This document shows positions 11,640-23,302 of a stretch of 43,149 bases of DNA, in pieces. Below the pieces are notes generated by a model, which saw only the letters and a list, made by a program, of their open reading frames with translations, did not search any database and was not told where the DNA came from. Location: assembly GCA_002256025.1 (NCBI GenBank), contig NKIB01014458.1:1-43149 (forward strand), read 5' to 3'. Made by a program: the position numbers and the translations under genes. This stretch comes from Asterionella formosa (lineage: Eukaryota). Position 1 is the stretch's first letter; the number at the start of each line of letters is the position of its first letter.

Positions 11640-11975
11640 ACGTGGTATCCAGGACCCTGGTACCGGTAGATACCCTGCTACATAGCTACCTGGTACCGTA
11701 TTCAATACCAGCCTAGTAATTTCAGGTGGTACCTGGTACCAGTACGTACTCATCTCTTATACCGGTATTCGGAGTCCTGGTACCGGTACCTGGTACTGGT
11801 CCCAGGCACCAGCTGGTACGACAAAAGAAGATGAATACCCGGTAGACTATCGGCATGTACTGGTTCCAGGTACCGTGTGTTCATGCCGGCTGATGGTCAC
11901 TTTTTCTCTACATAGATGGTAGTACCAGATAAGAATACTTCACTGCGGCTCCGAGTTTTTCTACGTACCCGGTAC
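11640..11975. repeat. Dense cluster of TACC(W)GGTA / GGTACC / TACCAGTA palindromic motifs upstream of copine
   Basis: Examples: CCTGGTACCGGTAG, TACCTGGTACCGTA, GGTACCTGGTACCAGTACGTAC, CCTGGTACCGGTACCTGGTACTGGT. Function unknown. Confidence 0.85.
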
Positions 11976-12548
11976 TTCATCGCGGTAATCACTTCAACAC
12001 GACTTGACGAAGACGACGGAGGGATGCAAATAACAACGGTCCATGACTCAAATCCAGTATTACCCGGTATTCAGTATTCTGGCGTTGATCATGACTTGCA
12101 ACAAAAATTCACATTTCATGGAATGCTCTTAGCAATATACTGGTAGGTAAATTGGATATAGGTCATGAATCTCCAAAGCATCATCTCAGCAATGATGAAG
12201 CTATTAATCAACATTAATGATTGTAGCCTCCTGGCTGGTACATAATATATTAGCTACCATTACATTACCATTTTCTATATGTGGTAGTTAGTAGGCATTC
12301 AAACAAAGGTCAACCTTTTATGATGAATTGGGAACTCGTCCTCCTTCTTGTACATCTAAGCCGCGTATTACGTGAAGTGACCATCATGTTAATAACCCTA
12401 GTTGATTTTGAATGGATCACATGAATTAGTTGAGAACATCAAAATGCTTACTTGAATATATCTATTTATTATCTGAATACATCACAATAATTATTTGATC
12501 AGAGTATCATGCATGCATTCCTGATCATCACTATATTACGTGATCACC

Positions 12549-12592
12549 TTCACATAATTATTTGAAATACTTCACGTAATTATTTGAAATAC
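12549..12592 (+). repeat. 22-bp tandem repeat x2 (subterminal repeat of the TIR element)
   Basis: TTCACATAATTATTTGAAATAC / TTCACGTAATTATTTGAAATAC, with further degenerate TCAC(G/A)T/TAATT copies across about 12410-12730. Confidence 0.85.
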
Positions 12593-14123
12593 TTCAATTA
12601 ATTCTGTAATTTAGATCACATTGCCTTGTAATTTTGTTCACGAAATTCTATAATATAGTTCACGTAATGTATTAAATTTGTTTACGTAATTTAAAAGTAC
12701 TATCAAATAATGTTGATTCCTAATTCAACTAGCTACCGGTACCGGTATTTCACATTACAGCCATGGGAAACAAATCTCGATATGCAATCAAACAAAGCTG
12801 TTCTATCAGAATGGAATCTTCAGTCTTGAGAAGGCATGCATTATGGCTGAGACATCTGTAAGGACATTGCAAGACAAAGAGAAGCCATTCATTCAGAAGG
12901 GAAAAATTATTCACTCTTGAACAGGCATCATTGTACGAAGTTGCAACATGAATGCATCACACACTGGATTCCTTCTTGTCCTTGAAATGACTTCTTCATT
13001 GACCTGCAAAGATTTACATAACAATAGTGTGTCAGCAATTCATATGATAGAACTAGCAACAGCAGAAAGCAACACACACATGTAGTAGTATTCAACTGTT
13101 CCTCGGGGGAGTCGAATTGAAACAACAAACCGGCAACAACCAGTCAGCACCACAACTCACTGATGTGTTCAAAAGAATGCTCCTGTTGTGAAATGGACGG
13201 CTAAAATGTAAAATAAATGAAGACAACAATAACAGAACCATGTGATTTATCGCTCGCTTTGCTGATACAATGACAAAAACTGAAGATTGAGCTTGCCTTA
13301 AAGGCCTCCATTGCGGGTCTCCATTTTGTATCATTTCACCCTCTATCACTCATGCTTTCCAAAGAACACTCCTTTTCTGAGAAGGCCCGTTCAAATGTCA
13401 AATGAATTTTGAAAACAATAGCATATCAGTATGAGTTATCCTGCGCTTGGTGATATGATAGCAAAAATAGTAAGCAAATAAATCTTACCTTAAAAGCATC
13501 GATTGCTTACGATCTCAATGTTGGTACCTGGTAGCCCTGGTACCTGGTACTGGTAGTATGTATCATAGCCCTGTGTAGGCCTTCTATACCGGTACCTGGT
13601 ATCATACCTATTCATTAGCTGAGGTCAACACACTCAGCATCACGATGCCATTCCAGACATATTCACAATACAGGTATGTTATTCATATTTTTTGTATCTT
13701 TAGAATTCTTACGAAATACAGTTTATGTAAAAGAATAAGAGAATTGATATTGGATGCTGACAATATCGATGGTAAGGATGATTGTTGATATGCTTCATGC
13801 ACCCAGTTGCTGACAACCACATCACTTCGATTTTCTCCATCAATTCATGCCCGATAGCACTCCGAAGATTTGCAGTCGATAAAACACAATAATTCGAATA
13901 GATGTTTAGTTTATCATTTCAAAATCAATATTAAATGATTCGTTCCATACCTGTTTTGTGCTCATTAGGGTTAGTCGTTGCTTACATCACGAATCATGTC
14001 GCGATATTTCTCGAGATCTATTTCGCTCCGTTTTTCTCAATCAATTAAGGGCAGATTGCAATCAAACAATTTGTAGTGAAGTTTTCTTTCGCAATGATTT
14101 ATCCTCTAAAAAATTTATCTTTA

Positions 14124-14495
14124 ACTTTTAAAATAATTAGTTGTAACATCAACTAGTTCTGCCTTGGAAATATCCATATGATTGTGAACCATCACATGAA
14201 ACCACGACAAGTAATCTTGTTCAGTATAATAGTAAATATTATTTACATGAAGTGCACAACCATAAACTGTAACATGAATTAAGACACCACAAATGTCCTT
14301 ACTATTTCACAAAGGAAGATGCATGTCGTAAATGAATTAGCCTCAAGAGCAGGACTTAGTTGAACTTTGAAATGAATTATTTGAAACATCAACTAATTCA
14401 GTCTTGAGTTCAAAGTTTTTTGTGAAATCTTCACATGAAACCGTTTAAAGTAATCTTTTTTACGTGAAAAGTGGCATTAATTCATGTGAAGTACC
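14124..14495 (+). repeat. Degenerate direct repeat (two copies of about 130 bp, offset about 240 bp) near the right end of the TIR element
   Basis: AACTTTTAAAATAATTAGTTGTAACATCAACTAGTTCTGCCTTG...TCACATGAAACC...AAGTAATCTT (from about 14124) versus AACTTTGAAATGAATTATTTGAAACATCAACTAATTCAGTCTTG...TCACATGAAACC...AAGTAATCTT (from about 14363). Confidence 0.75.
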
Positions 14496-14710
14496 TAACA
14501 CTCGTATGTAGACGAATTTTCGAAAAGTGGCGTATTTTGCGGCTTAGATGTACGGTGTGGGTGCCAATCCATCCCAAACTTGAATTTTTTAAATCATTTT
14601 GATTTAGTGAAGCAGTAATAGGCAGTTAGCAAATACTCAAGCAGCCCCCCTCTGCTGACCTGCTGGTAGCTTTCTAGCTTGAATATCATTTATGTGGTAC
14701 AGCATTGAAG

Positions 14711-17106
14711 GCGCTGTTCATGGCACTTTTTCGAAATTATGTCTTAAGTTACGTATTTTTATTACTTTTCTGAAATATTATGGCACTTTTTTCGTAATTT
14801 ATTTGTGTCAAACCACAATTTCAATGTAAATTGACTTCGCTTATCAAATAATAATTATTTATATGTTAAAACCGATAATTAAGTGTGTTGGTAACAATAA
14901 TTTTTTACCAACTAGCCATCACGACAGTATAATAGCAAAATTTTGTTGCTCAATGGCTATATTATGCTGGTCTCACCACATAATTAAATAAAAAGTCACT
15001 AATTTCGATTCAATAATTAACTTAATAATTGAATCGAACAATTGAATTGTACTCTTACTCATTTTTCTTTGATATCAAGTTCCAAAAAACAACTCATTTG
15101 TCGGTGCTGATGACCTACATTGACGACTTCACAAATAACCGGTACAATCAACCAATTTCAGTTGGCTGATAAATAAATATTTTCACATCGTTTGCTTCAA
15201 CTAGTCATGTTATTGTTATATTCCTCGTCGTCGTTTTCGGTGTAGAGCTACTTTTTAAGTTTCAAATCTGTTCATAACATCGTCATTTTGAATTGTGCAT
15301 TCATAAAAAACATGAAAAAAGCAATGCGCCATCAGCGACTTCAATTTTCGTTGTCAATATCAGTGTAATTACAATAATTCTTTGACGATTGTATTTTATA
15401 TGTCGTGATTGATATATAAATTAAATTTATTTTATGTAATTCTTTCTTATATTCACAGGAGGTCATTGCAAGCCCAAGGTTCGCAATCTGGTAAGAATAA
15501 CAGCTCGCAACATAACAGAGCTTCCAGGCAATTTACACAACGGTTCCACAGTCGATAAGTTGCCCCAACCAAGGGATGACAAACTGACTGTAATTCTGTA
15601 AGTGTTTGAGAATCATCCAAAATCACGTTATCAATAATTTTCTCATTAATCACATAGTAATGAAGTCCAGCACATGAATCAAGAGTGCGTGAAGAAATTT
15701 CCAAGCTTGTCGATTTATTTTTCAGAACACACTATTTTTCTGAAGAAGACCAAATGCCATTTCTATTGTTATTATCCTCAGAAGTGAAAAAAAAGTTAAA
15801 TGCATCCTGTGTTGAATCATCACGTTGTGAGCCAACAAAGGGAACAGTCACTCATTACATCCGACAATGTGTATGCTGCATCGCCCACCAGATAAAAACT
15901 TGCATCGAATGCTGCAACTCGATCGAAAACGGAAGTTCGTTAAAACGATACCTGGTCACTGCATTTTCCCGGTGCAATCACACCAAAATAAATAAATCGT
16001 GAGTCAGTATCACAAACAGCCTGGACATTGATTCCATAAGTCATGTAGTGAACAGGAAAATATGAACCAGGGTTATTGCCACTTTCAACTAAAGTTGGGT
16101 GGTTGATTGTGGCTAGGAATAGCACGAAGCAACACATTCTCTTATCAAGCCCTCGTAGCTTTTGCATTCAAAGTTGTAAGCCAATTTGATTAAATCTTCT
16201 CTTTCTTATGGGCGAATAATCTTGAGTTTAGTACAGCATCAATGAAAAAATCACGGCATCAACAAAGTGAAGCAATGATACAACCATAGCATGACAAATG
16301 ATGATGTATCTGCCACCAGCCAACCATCACAAACCAATGGCTACCACAATTTCGGGAATCATGGGCTCAGAGGTGGTGCCTCACTTGGAATAATTCCATG
16401 CAATCTGAATTTCCAGCAAAGTGATTTTTTTGAATGCTTTATGTGACATTCTGTATTTCTTTTCGAAAGCAATTTCGTGATTGAGTTTTCAACATGTGAT
16501 AGCCAGGAGATTCTTTCATGGTGTCATTTGTGCTTTCGTCTTTGTCAATTGGACGAGTCATGGTGTTGTTTGCGGCTTCTCTTTTGTCGTTTTGATGAGT
16601 GTTCTTGTTCCTCTGCTTCCTTTACTTAATGACAGTGGAAGAACAAATCCAGGTCACTGCTGTCATTGTCTATTCCAAAACCAATATTATCGTTGTCATC
16701 AAGTAAGGACTCAAGAGGTGACATCATGATTCATGAAATGGTGTGTTTTTATTATTATACTATAGTAGTATATATTTATTTTACATGATGACCATCAAAT
16801 GATGTTAAAGAAAATTTTTAAGTATGATAAAACGAGGCTAATAATCGCACTTGTGCCCAAGAGGACACAGATTTATATGATGACCATCAATATAGTCTGG
16901 AGGGATATACAGCCACATGATCTTTGCTGGATTGTTGCCATTGGAGATCCTCTGTGCTACTCCATGATACACTGTGATCACAAATTAGTGATACAGTGTC
17001 AAGTTTGGAATGAATGAAATTCAGTTCAAATCGAGTTATCATTGCTGATACATTTTCAAATTTCTTCAATTAAGTGATACACAATGAAAAATGATAAGGA
17101 CAACCC
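14711..17106 (-). mobile_element. Decayed PIF/Harbinger element (approximate bounds)
   Basis: Contains the transposase relic. The right end ...GATAAGGACAACCC|TAA at 17106 is shared with the copy ending at 8982. The left end candidate GCGCTGTTCATGGCACTTTT at 14711 is only a loose inverted match, followed by a TGGCACTTTT..CG.AATT repeat at 60-bp spacing. Confidence 0.45.
15453..16500 (-). pseudogene. PIF/Harbinger DDE transposase (DDE_Tnp_4/HARBI1-like) pseudogene
   Basis: Motifs occur in the expected order across frameshifts and stops: KYRM...F, PEIVVAIGL*WLAGG, SYF..HY.TYGINVQAVCD...RFIYFGVIAPG..SD, FYLVGDAAY, DAFNF, IEMAFGLL, LHYYVINE. Confidence 0.85.
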
Positions 17107-17425
17107 TAAAACCTACATCACTAAGTGGTGATCATAAAAACGATTTTAAAGGGTGAATTGAAAACTTTTTTATGTACTTCAACGCCTGTCCTGCGTCACG
17201 TTATCAATTTAAGCAAAATGACCGCAACTTGCAGGTACGGAGCTCCAGGTACATGTGTAGGTTAATCCACCGAGCGACGTACCGGACGGTATCATGTAAT
17301 CTATTAAACCATCACCACCAATAAATTCCCAAGTTTTCTTGTTTTTCCATTTGTTTTGGTCATCCACCTATCCCATTGATCTTTAGGATCTTGGGTAATA
17401 TTGTCGACGGACAAAGTTTGCAAGC

Positions 17426-19585
17426 ATGGCGGCGAAACGAGGAAAGGAAACTGCTAAGAAGGCAGTTCCGAAGAAAGAACCAGCAACGAAGTCTGTTCCA
17501 AAAAAGGTTGCTACAAAGAAGGCGCTTGTCAAGAAGCCCGCTCCCAAAAAGGCGAAATCGCAGAAACAAGTTGTTGAAGAACAGAGACTGGCTAAGCTCG
17601 AAGCCGATTACAACAACGACTCCGAATCTGATGACGAAGAAAGTTCTGAAGATGAGAAGCCAGTCAAGAAGGCTGCTGCTGCGTCGGTCAAGAAAGCTAT
17701 CGCTTCAAAAAGGCAAGTGAAAGAAGAAATGTCGGAAGGAAGCGACGACGATGTTGACAGCGAGGAAGCATCCTCCAATGATGACGACGAGGATGACTCG
17801 GAACTAAAAAGCAACAAATCCCGCCCGTTTTTCTCTGACGACAATGCCGCTTGGTTGAAACCAAAAGGGAAGAAAGCCCAGCTCATGTCGTCGGATGAGG
17901 AGGAAAATGATGATGAGTTTGGGCACGATCTCGAAGACGACGAAGAAGAAGAGGAGCTTGAAGTCGAGAAAGAGTCTCGGATATTGGATGCAGAAATGGA
18001 AACCGAAAAGGAGGAAGCTGAGGAAGAAATGCGAAGAACCATTGCTCAAAATACTGCCATCTTTCACTTGCCAACTTCGGAGGAGCTTGCGCTGGATACA
18101 GACCGTGCGATTCCTCCTTCGGAGATTCGTGCTCGCATAGAATCGATCCTGGAAGTTCTTGCCGATTTCAAGAGTCGTCGCGAAACTAATAGATCTCGAA
18201 CTGACTACGTCGATCAACTCGTATCTGATATTGCTGAACTTCATGGATATCTGCCTGAGTTGGTGGATTATTTTCATTCCATGTTTGGACCCTCTGAAAC
18301 TCTTGAGTTTGTTGAGGCTTCTGATAGACCAAGACCCCTTGTTGTGAGGACCAACACTCTCAAAGCTCGCCGTAAGGATCTGGCTTCCGCACTAATGAAG
18401 CGTGGTGTTGCTTTGGATCCTTTGGCTGCATGGTCAAAAGTTGGCCTCAAGATTATAGAATCGCCAGTACCTATTGGCGCTACTCCGGAATACTTGAGTG
18501 GTCACTACATGCTTCAATCTGCTGCCTCAATGTGCCCTGTTATGTCATTAGCACCCCAACCTTCCGAACGTTGTTTGGACATGTCCGCAGCCCCAGGTGG
18601 AAAGACGTCTTACATGGCTCAGCTTATGAAAAACACTGGAGTTATCATCGCCAACGATCTAAAGGCCGAGCGTCAAAAGGCAACAGTGGCAAACTTGCAT
18701 CGACTAGGCGTCAAGAATGTAATTGCCTGCACTCACGATGGCCGCAAACTTGGAAAGAAATTTCACAATAGTTTTGATAGAATCTTGCTCGACGCTCCCT
18801 GTTCCGGTCTCGGCGTGATCAGCCGCGACCCAAGCGTCAAAGTGCAAAGAACAATGGCAGATGTTCAAAAAGTTGCACATTTACAAAAGGAGCTTTTATT
18901 GTCTGCAATCGATGCATTGAATCATAAGAGTAAGACAGGTGGATGCATGGTTTACTCAACCTGTAGTGTCACTGTTTATGAAAACGAGGAGGTTATAAAC
19001 TATGCCCTTTCAAAGAGAGATATCAAGATTATTGACAGTGGATTGGATTTTGGTAAGTTCATGATCCGAGCGTTTTTGTTTGTTCTTTAAAGAGTCAAGG
19101 CTAACCTGCGGAATTTTTATGTTACAGGCAAGCCGGGGTTTACAAGATACCTGCAAAAACGTTTCCACCCGTCAGTTGCTCTGACTCGCCGATTCTACCC
19201 ACACGTCCATAACATGGATGGTTTTTATGTTGCAAAGATCCAAAAGCTCAGCGATCGTAGACCTGACGATACCAAAGAGCCCGAAATGGAAGCAACCGCA
19301 GTAGCTGCAGAGGAATCAAAGCCTGCCGACTCCACTCTTGTGAACGTCGACGCCGAATCGTCGGACGAAGAGGAGGCTCCCAAGAAGAAGTGGGTCATGC
19401 AGGGAAAGAAACGAAGCAAGAGAAAAGAAGACGATACGCCCAAGAAGAGCAAAAAGGCGAAGAGTGACCATTTGTCGGTGCCTCCAAAACGAGTTGTCCC
19501 TCCAACCAAAGTGGCGACGACCAAGAAGCTTGCAAGTGCTAAGACCTCCAAACCAAGAAGAAGAAAGCTCGAGGCGGACTCTTAA
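17426..19585 (+). CDS. NOP2: 25S/28S rRNA m5C methyltransferase NOP2/NOL1; 2 exons (17426-19052, 19128-19585), 694 aa
   Basis: Lys-rich and acidic N-terminus; RTNTLKARRKDL, IGATPEYLSGHYMLQ, LDMSAAPGGKT, LLDAPCSG, VYSTCS; after the GT-AG intron, RRFYPHVHNMDGFYVAK. Confidence 0.96.
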
Positions 19586-19874
19586 ATGATATCGAATCTA
19601 AACGCAAACATGTTTGTTTGAATGCTTTCTATGTAGTGAATCATTTTTTGCGTTAACTACCGGTGGGCTTGTTACTAGTGGAACACGATTCCACAGATAC
19701 TACAATAGAATACTACTGACCCATGATTTAGTATTCTTGGTTAGTTTCTTCAAGTTACGCAATCTTTATTTCTAGCAGAGGACGAGCAGGGTGACAGGCT
19801 GGTCCAAATTTTTCAAACTCGTTGTTCTTCAAAAAATTAACTTCCACACTAAACAAATATTTTATTTTTAATAC

Positions 19875-21615
19875 CTAAGCTGGCCCGGACATGATCTCAC
19901 TGTAAATCTTAGGAGACATGAGGAGGGTTCCAACTGCGGTACATCCAATAAGGAAGAGCCAGACAGATCCCCAACCATAGGCGTCCTGGAGAGGGCCAAC
20001 GGCCAAAAGACCAATTGAGGCAGTGATAGCGCCGCATCCGTTGATCAGTCCAGTGACGGTACCAAGCGACTTGTTGTTTCCACGGACAGATGGGTGACTC
20101 GCCAAATCCGCGGCAACAGCAGAAGTGATGATGTTGTTAGGCCCTCCGACAAGAATACCCATGCATGCAAGCATGATCAACAAGAGGACGGGACCAAGTC
20201 GCTCGGAGTAGACAGCAAAGACAGACAGGAAGACGATCAAGCAGCACATGAAAGTTCCAATGACAGCAGCACGACGTCCCCCGAAAATGTCAGAGACTAC
20301 ACCGACAATGATACCTCCAGGCATCATACCAACAGAGTAAAGGGCTGCGATAAGGTTGGCTGTCACTGCGTCGAAGTTCTTTCCGAGGAAGTAAGGAAGC
20401 CAGAAGAAAAGGACGTAGTTGGTAAGCTTGAAGAAACCAAAAGCAAAAGCGTACTGCGCAACCATGGGAATACGGAGAGCGGCAGCATACGAGATAGGAG
20501 CAGGACCCTCATCTTCTCCCATCGTAAGTCCCTTCTCTTCCATCTCCTTTCGCTTAATCTCGTTCTTTTCGAGGCGAATCTTAACCTCTGGGGTAATGAT
20601 TCCAACGGTGCTGGGGTCGGCAGTCAGACCCATTGTGAGGAAACCCCAAGAGAAGTTGGTCACGGCAGGAATGAGAATAGCCCACCAGTAAGGAAGGCCC
20701 ATTCCGAGTACCCAAGCGGTACAGAGAGCAGCAGTAATATCTCCACAATACTGATGGCAAGTCCACAGTCCGAAAATGAGGCCACGGTTCTTGATGGAAT
20801 CGGCATCACAAAACCAGTTTCCCATTACAGCAGTTCCAACCTAAACAGTGAAGATTCGAAAAATAGGTGAGTGATTTCGAACAATGTTGTTTTGCTTGGT
20901 CTTGTTTTGAACTTACAGGTCCTCCGGTGGACTGGAAGAAACCGAACAAGAAATAAACGGCAAGGATGAATACATTTCCGAGCGCTACTGACATGCCCTC
21001 AAAGTCGAACCACAACGCAATATTGATGAGGAAGAGACAAATTCCAGATCCGAACAGACCAATGGAAAGCACGGTAGTTGGGTTGAAGGTATCACCTAGC
21101 TTTCCGCTGATAATGTTACCGGCAGCATAGGTGGCCATGAAAGTGGTGTCCATCTCCGACAAGGTCAACGGCGAATAGCCAGCCTGGTGTTGAAGCTGCT
21201 GTTTCACAGTAGAATAGCATTTACGGGAGAAGTGAGCCATGAAGTATCCTCCGAAGGTAACGAAGAATGCCCAACTGTATAATTCACCACAAGTTAGTAC
21301 AATTGAAGGATTAAGAAACAAATGTTGCCATTGACCGAGAGTCGCCCATCGGCGAGTGTTGAGGGGTAGAAAAACCAAAAGTTTCTAGAATTGAACCAAG
21401 AGCGGGAGAGGCAAATACAGAACGACAGGAACATGACACAAGAATCGCACTTTTCACGAGGCATTGCATTGCTGGCACGACACGCCGACTGAATGGGTTG
21501 ATCAAGAGGCGACGCATACAATAGGTCCTATTACTCACGGCTGGTAAGCCTTGAGCTTGCGGAAGTTCTCGGCATCTTCGTCCTTCTGGACAAGAGGTTT
21601 GGATTCACTGCTCAT
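19875..21615 (-). CDS. MFS sugar-phosphate/glycerol-3-phosphate:Pi exchanger (SLC37/GlpT, OPA family); 3 exons (21615-21539, 21274-20917, 20840-19875), 466 aa
   Basis: Y..AHFSRK, GFFQSTGGP, AVMGNWF...RGLIFGLW, FFKLTNYVLFFWLP, AVAADL and TVTGLING match SLC37-type transporters; many TM helices; exon sum is 1401 nt. Confidence 0.92.
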
Positions 21616-23302
21616 GGTCGAGGGGGTTGTCGTTGGGATAGCAACAACAGAAGTACTACCTGGTATATGATCCAGATATGAGGACAAGGAAGGATCTTGT
21701 CCAATTCACTGCTACCGGTAGCAAAATCGGTTGGGTGGGCTGCAGGGCTGCAGTAGCAATGTATGCGTATGCGAACCCTGTTGTTCATTGCTGTTGCACA
21801 ATGGGCAGCTGTTAGTTTCACAAATGTAGGACGTACTTCGTCCGTTTTGGGCTACGCACTGATACATACGGACGATGCTGACGACAACAAGATTCGGGTA
21901 AACCACCATGTGCAGACAAAAGTGCTGAGGAGTAGCAGGCATTTAGCCAAGCATTTGAGTCGGGATTTAGACGTCATGAATCGTCACGAAGGCGATAATC
22001 TTGCAGATTCGTCCTTGTTCTCTACCAATGCCTCCGCCTAACCGCAGGCACAACAATTTATCTGGAAAAAGGGATCAGGCCAATGAGGGGGACGAATCTA
22101 CAAAAGGCTATCAAGGAGTGGCTGTCCCGGACGCTGTACAGAAACATTTAATGCCATGATGTACCTGGTACGCAAGTACCAGTTTCATAGCGAGAAATAC
22201 TGTGTGAGAGCCACAACAATGCTGACAAGGCCAAAAATACCAGAAACATCAAATGAAACTACCAAGTGCACCACAATGGCACATCAGGCCAAAAGTAACC
22301 AACATGTGTAAAGACAACCCCATACCACTATTGGTCTACTCTTGTGAGCAGGTTCTAGATCTAGCTATAGATGTGGTGAGACTTGACAAGTTTACAAGCA
22401 AAAAGAAATGCCAAGACTAGAGAACTGCTCCTCTCTAAACAGTGCTAGAATAGTTCTTGCCTCATTGCTTACCAGGACTTGTCTGCTGGTATAGTCCACT
22501 CAGTACCTTAGTAGTCTAGAGGTAGTCAAGTGCAAGTGGCTAGTGGCTCTATTCCTTAAACTGGTAGAATATAAGCTCTACTCTACATAGAGTATACATG
22601 GTATGCTACCACAGTCTTCCTGAGAAATGGAAATTTCTAGACTGTATCAGCTGAGATCAACATTCGGTTTCCTACACTAGGTCTTAGAAGCCACAGCTTG
22701 CAAAACGAATGTATTAACTACTGTCAGTAATCCAATTGTCATCAGAGGGATACCTGGTACTACCAGGGTACCGCAAAGTGGCCAATAGCAATGCTCTTGA
22801 ATCTTTAGATGTTGTCAGTGACAGCATATGGTATCGTAGGTTGTAGGGATACTATCCAAAAAGTCTTGACTCCATCATTGTCGGTTTCCATCATGTCAGG
22901 TAGCTTGACTAAATAGGAATGGTAGCTAATGTTGTGGCATTGCGCAAGTCGATTGATTCCTGTTTATTTCTACGGCAAGTAGTTGGGCGTTTCGGAGAAA
23001 GGTACAGCACAAACTAAATTAGCAAGGAATGGTATCAAAAGTATTGTACCCTTAATTTTTTTGCGATAGAAGTGGAGAAATGGTAACGCTGCCGAATAGT
23101 TCCTCCTAACGTTATTGCAAATTAATAGTATTAAATGTTCAAAGGGATTTAAAATCGCGCCATGCGATGTATTCATAGTAGAGATGTATAAAGCATAAAT
23201 TACCCGATGATTCTGTATACCAGTAGCCACCAAGGCTATTCACGAAGATTTGATATGTGTCATAACACTGGTATTGCAGTATAATTGTACAGCGTCGGGA
23301 GT

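Larger units (their letters stand above)
12353..14550. mobile_element. Non-autonomous TIR DNA transposon (about 2.2 kb) with TA (or GTAC) flanks
   Basis: Left TA|CATCTAAGCCGCGTATTACG (12351-12372) and right CGTATTTTGCGGCTTAGATG|TA (14531-14552) are inverted repeats whose first 12 bp are perfect. AT-rich subterminal repeats at both ends; no credible ORF inside. Confidence 0.75.

Noticed and set aside
11640..11975. CRISPR-like array or bacterial Dcm/restriction-site signal
   Set aside because: No constant repeat-spacer period, no cas genes, and the context is eukaryotic with introns.
20094..20870. 258-aa plus-strand ORF, and similar antisense ORFs over DJ-1, NOP2, AKR and ABCF
   Set aside because: These are shadow frames of well-supported genes on the opposite strand, with no motifs of their own.
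22201..22695. Possible solo LTR (starts TG, CpG-poor, short internal repeat CCACAA...AGGCCAAAA)
   Set aside because: I could not find a CA end with a matching target-site duplication. Probably TE-derived but unsupported.
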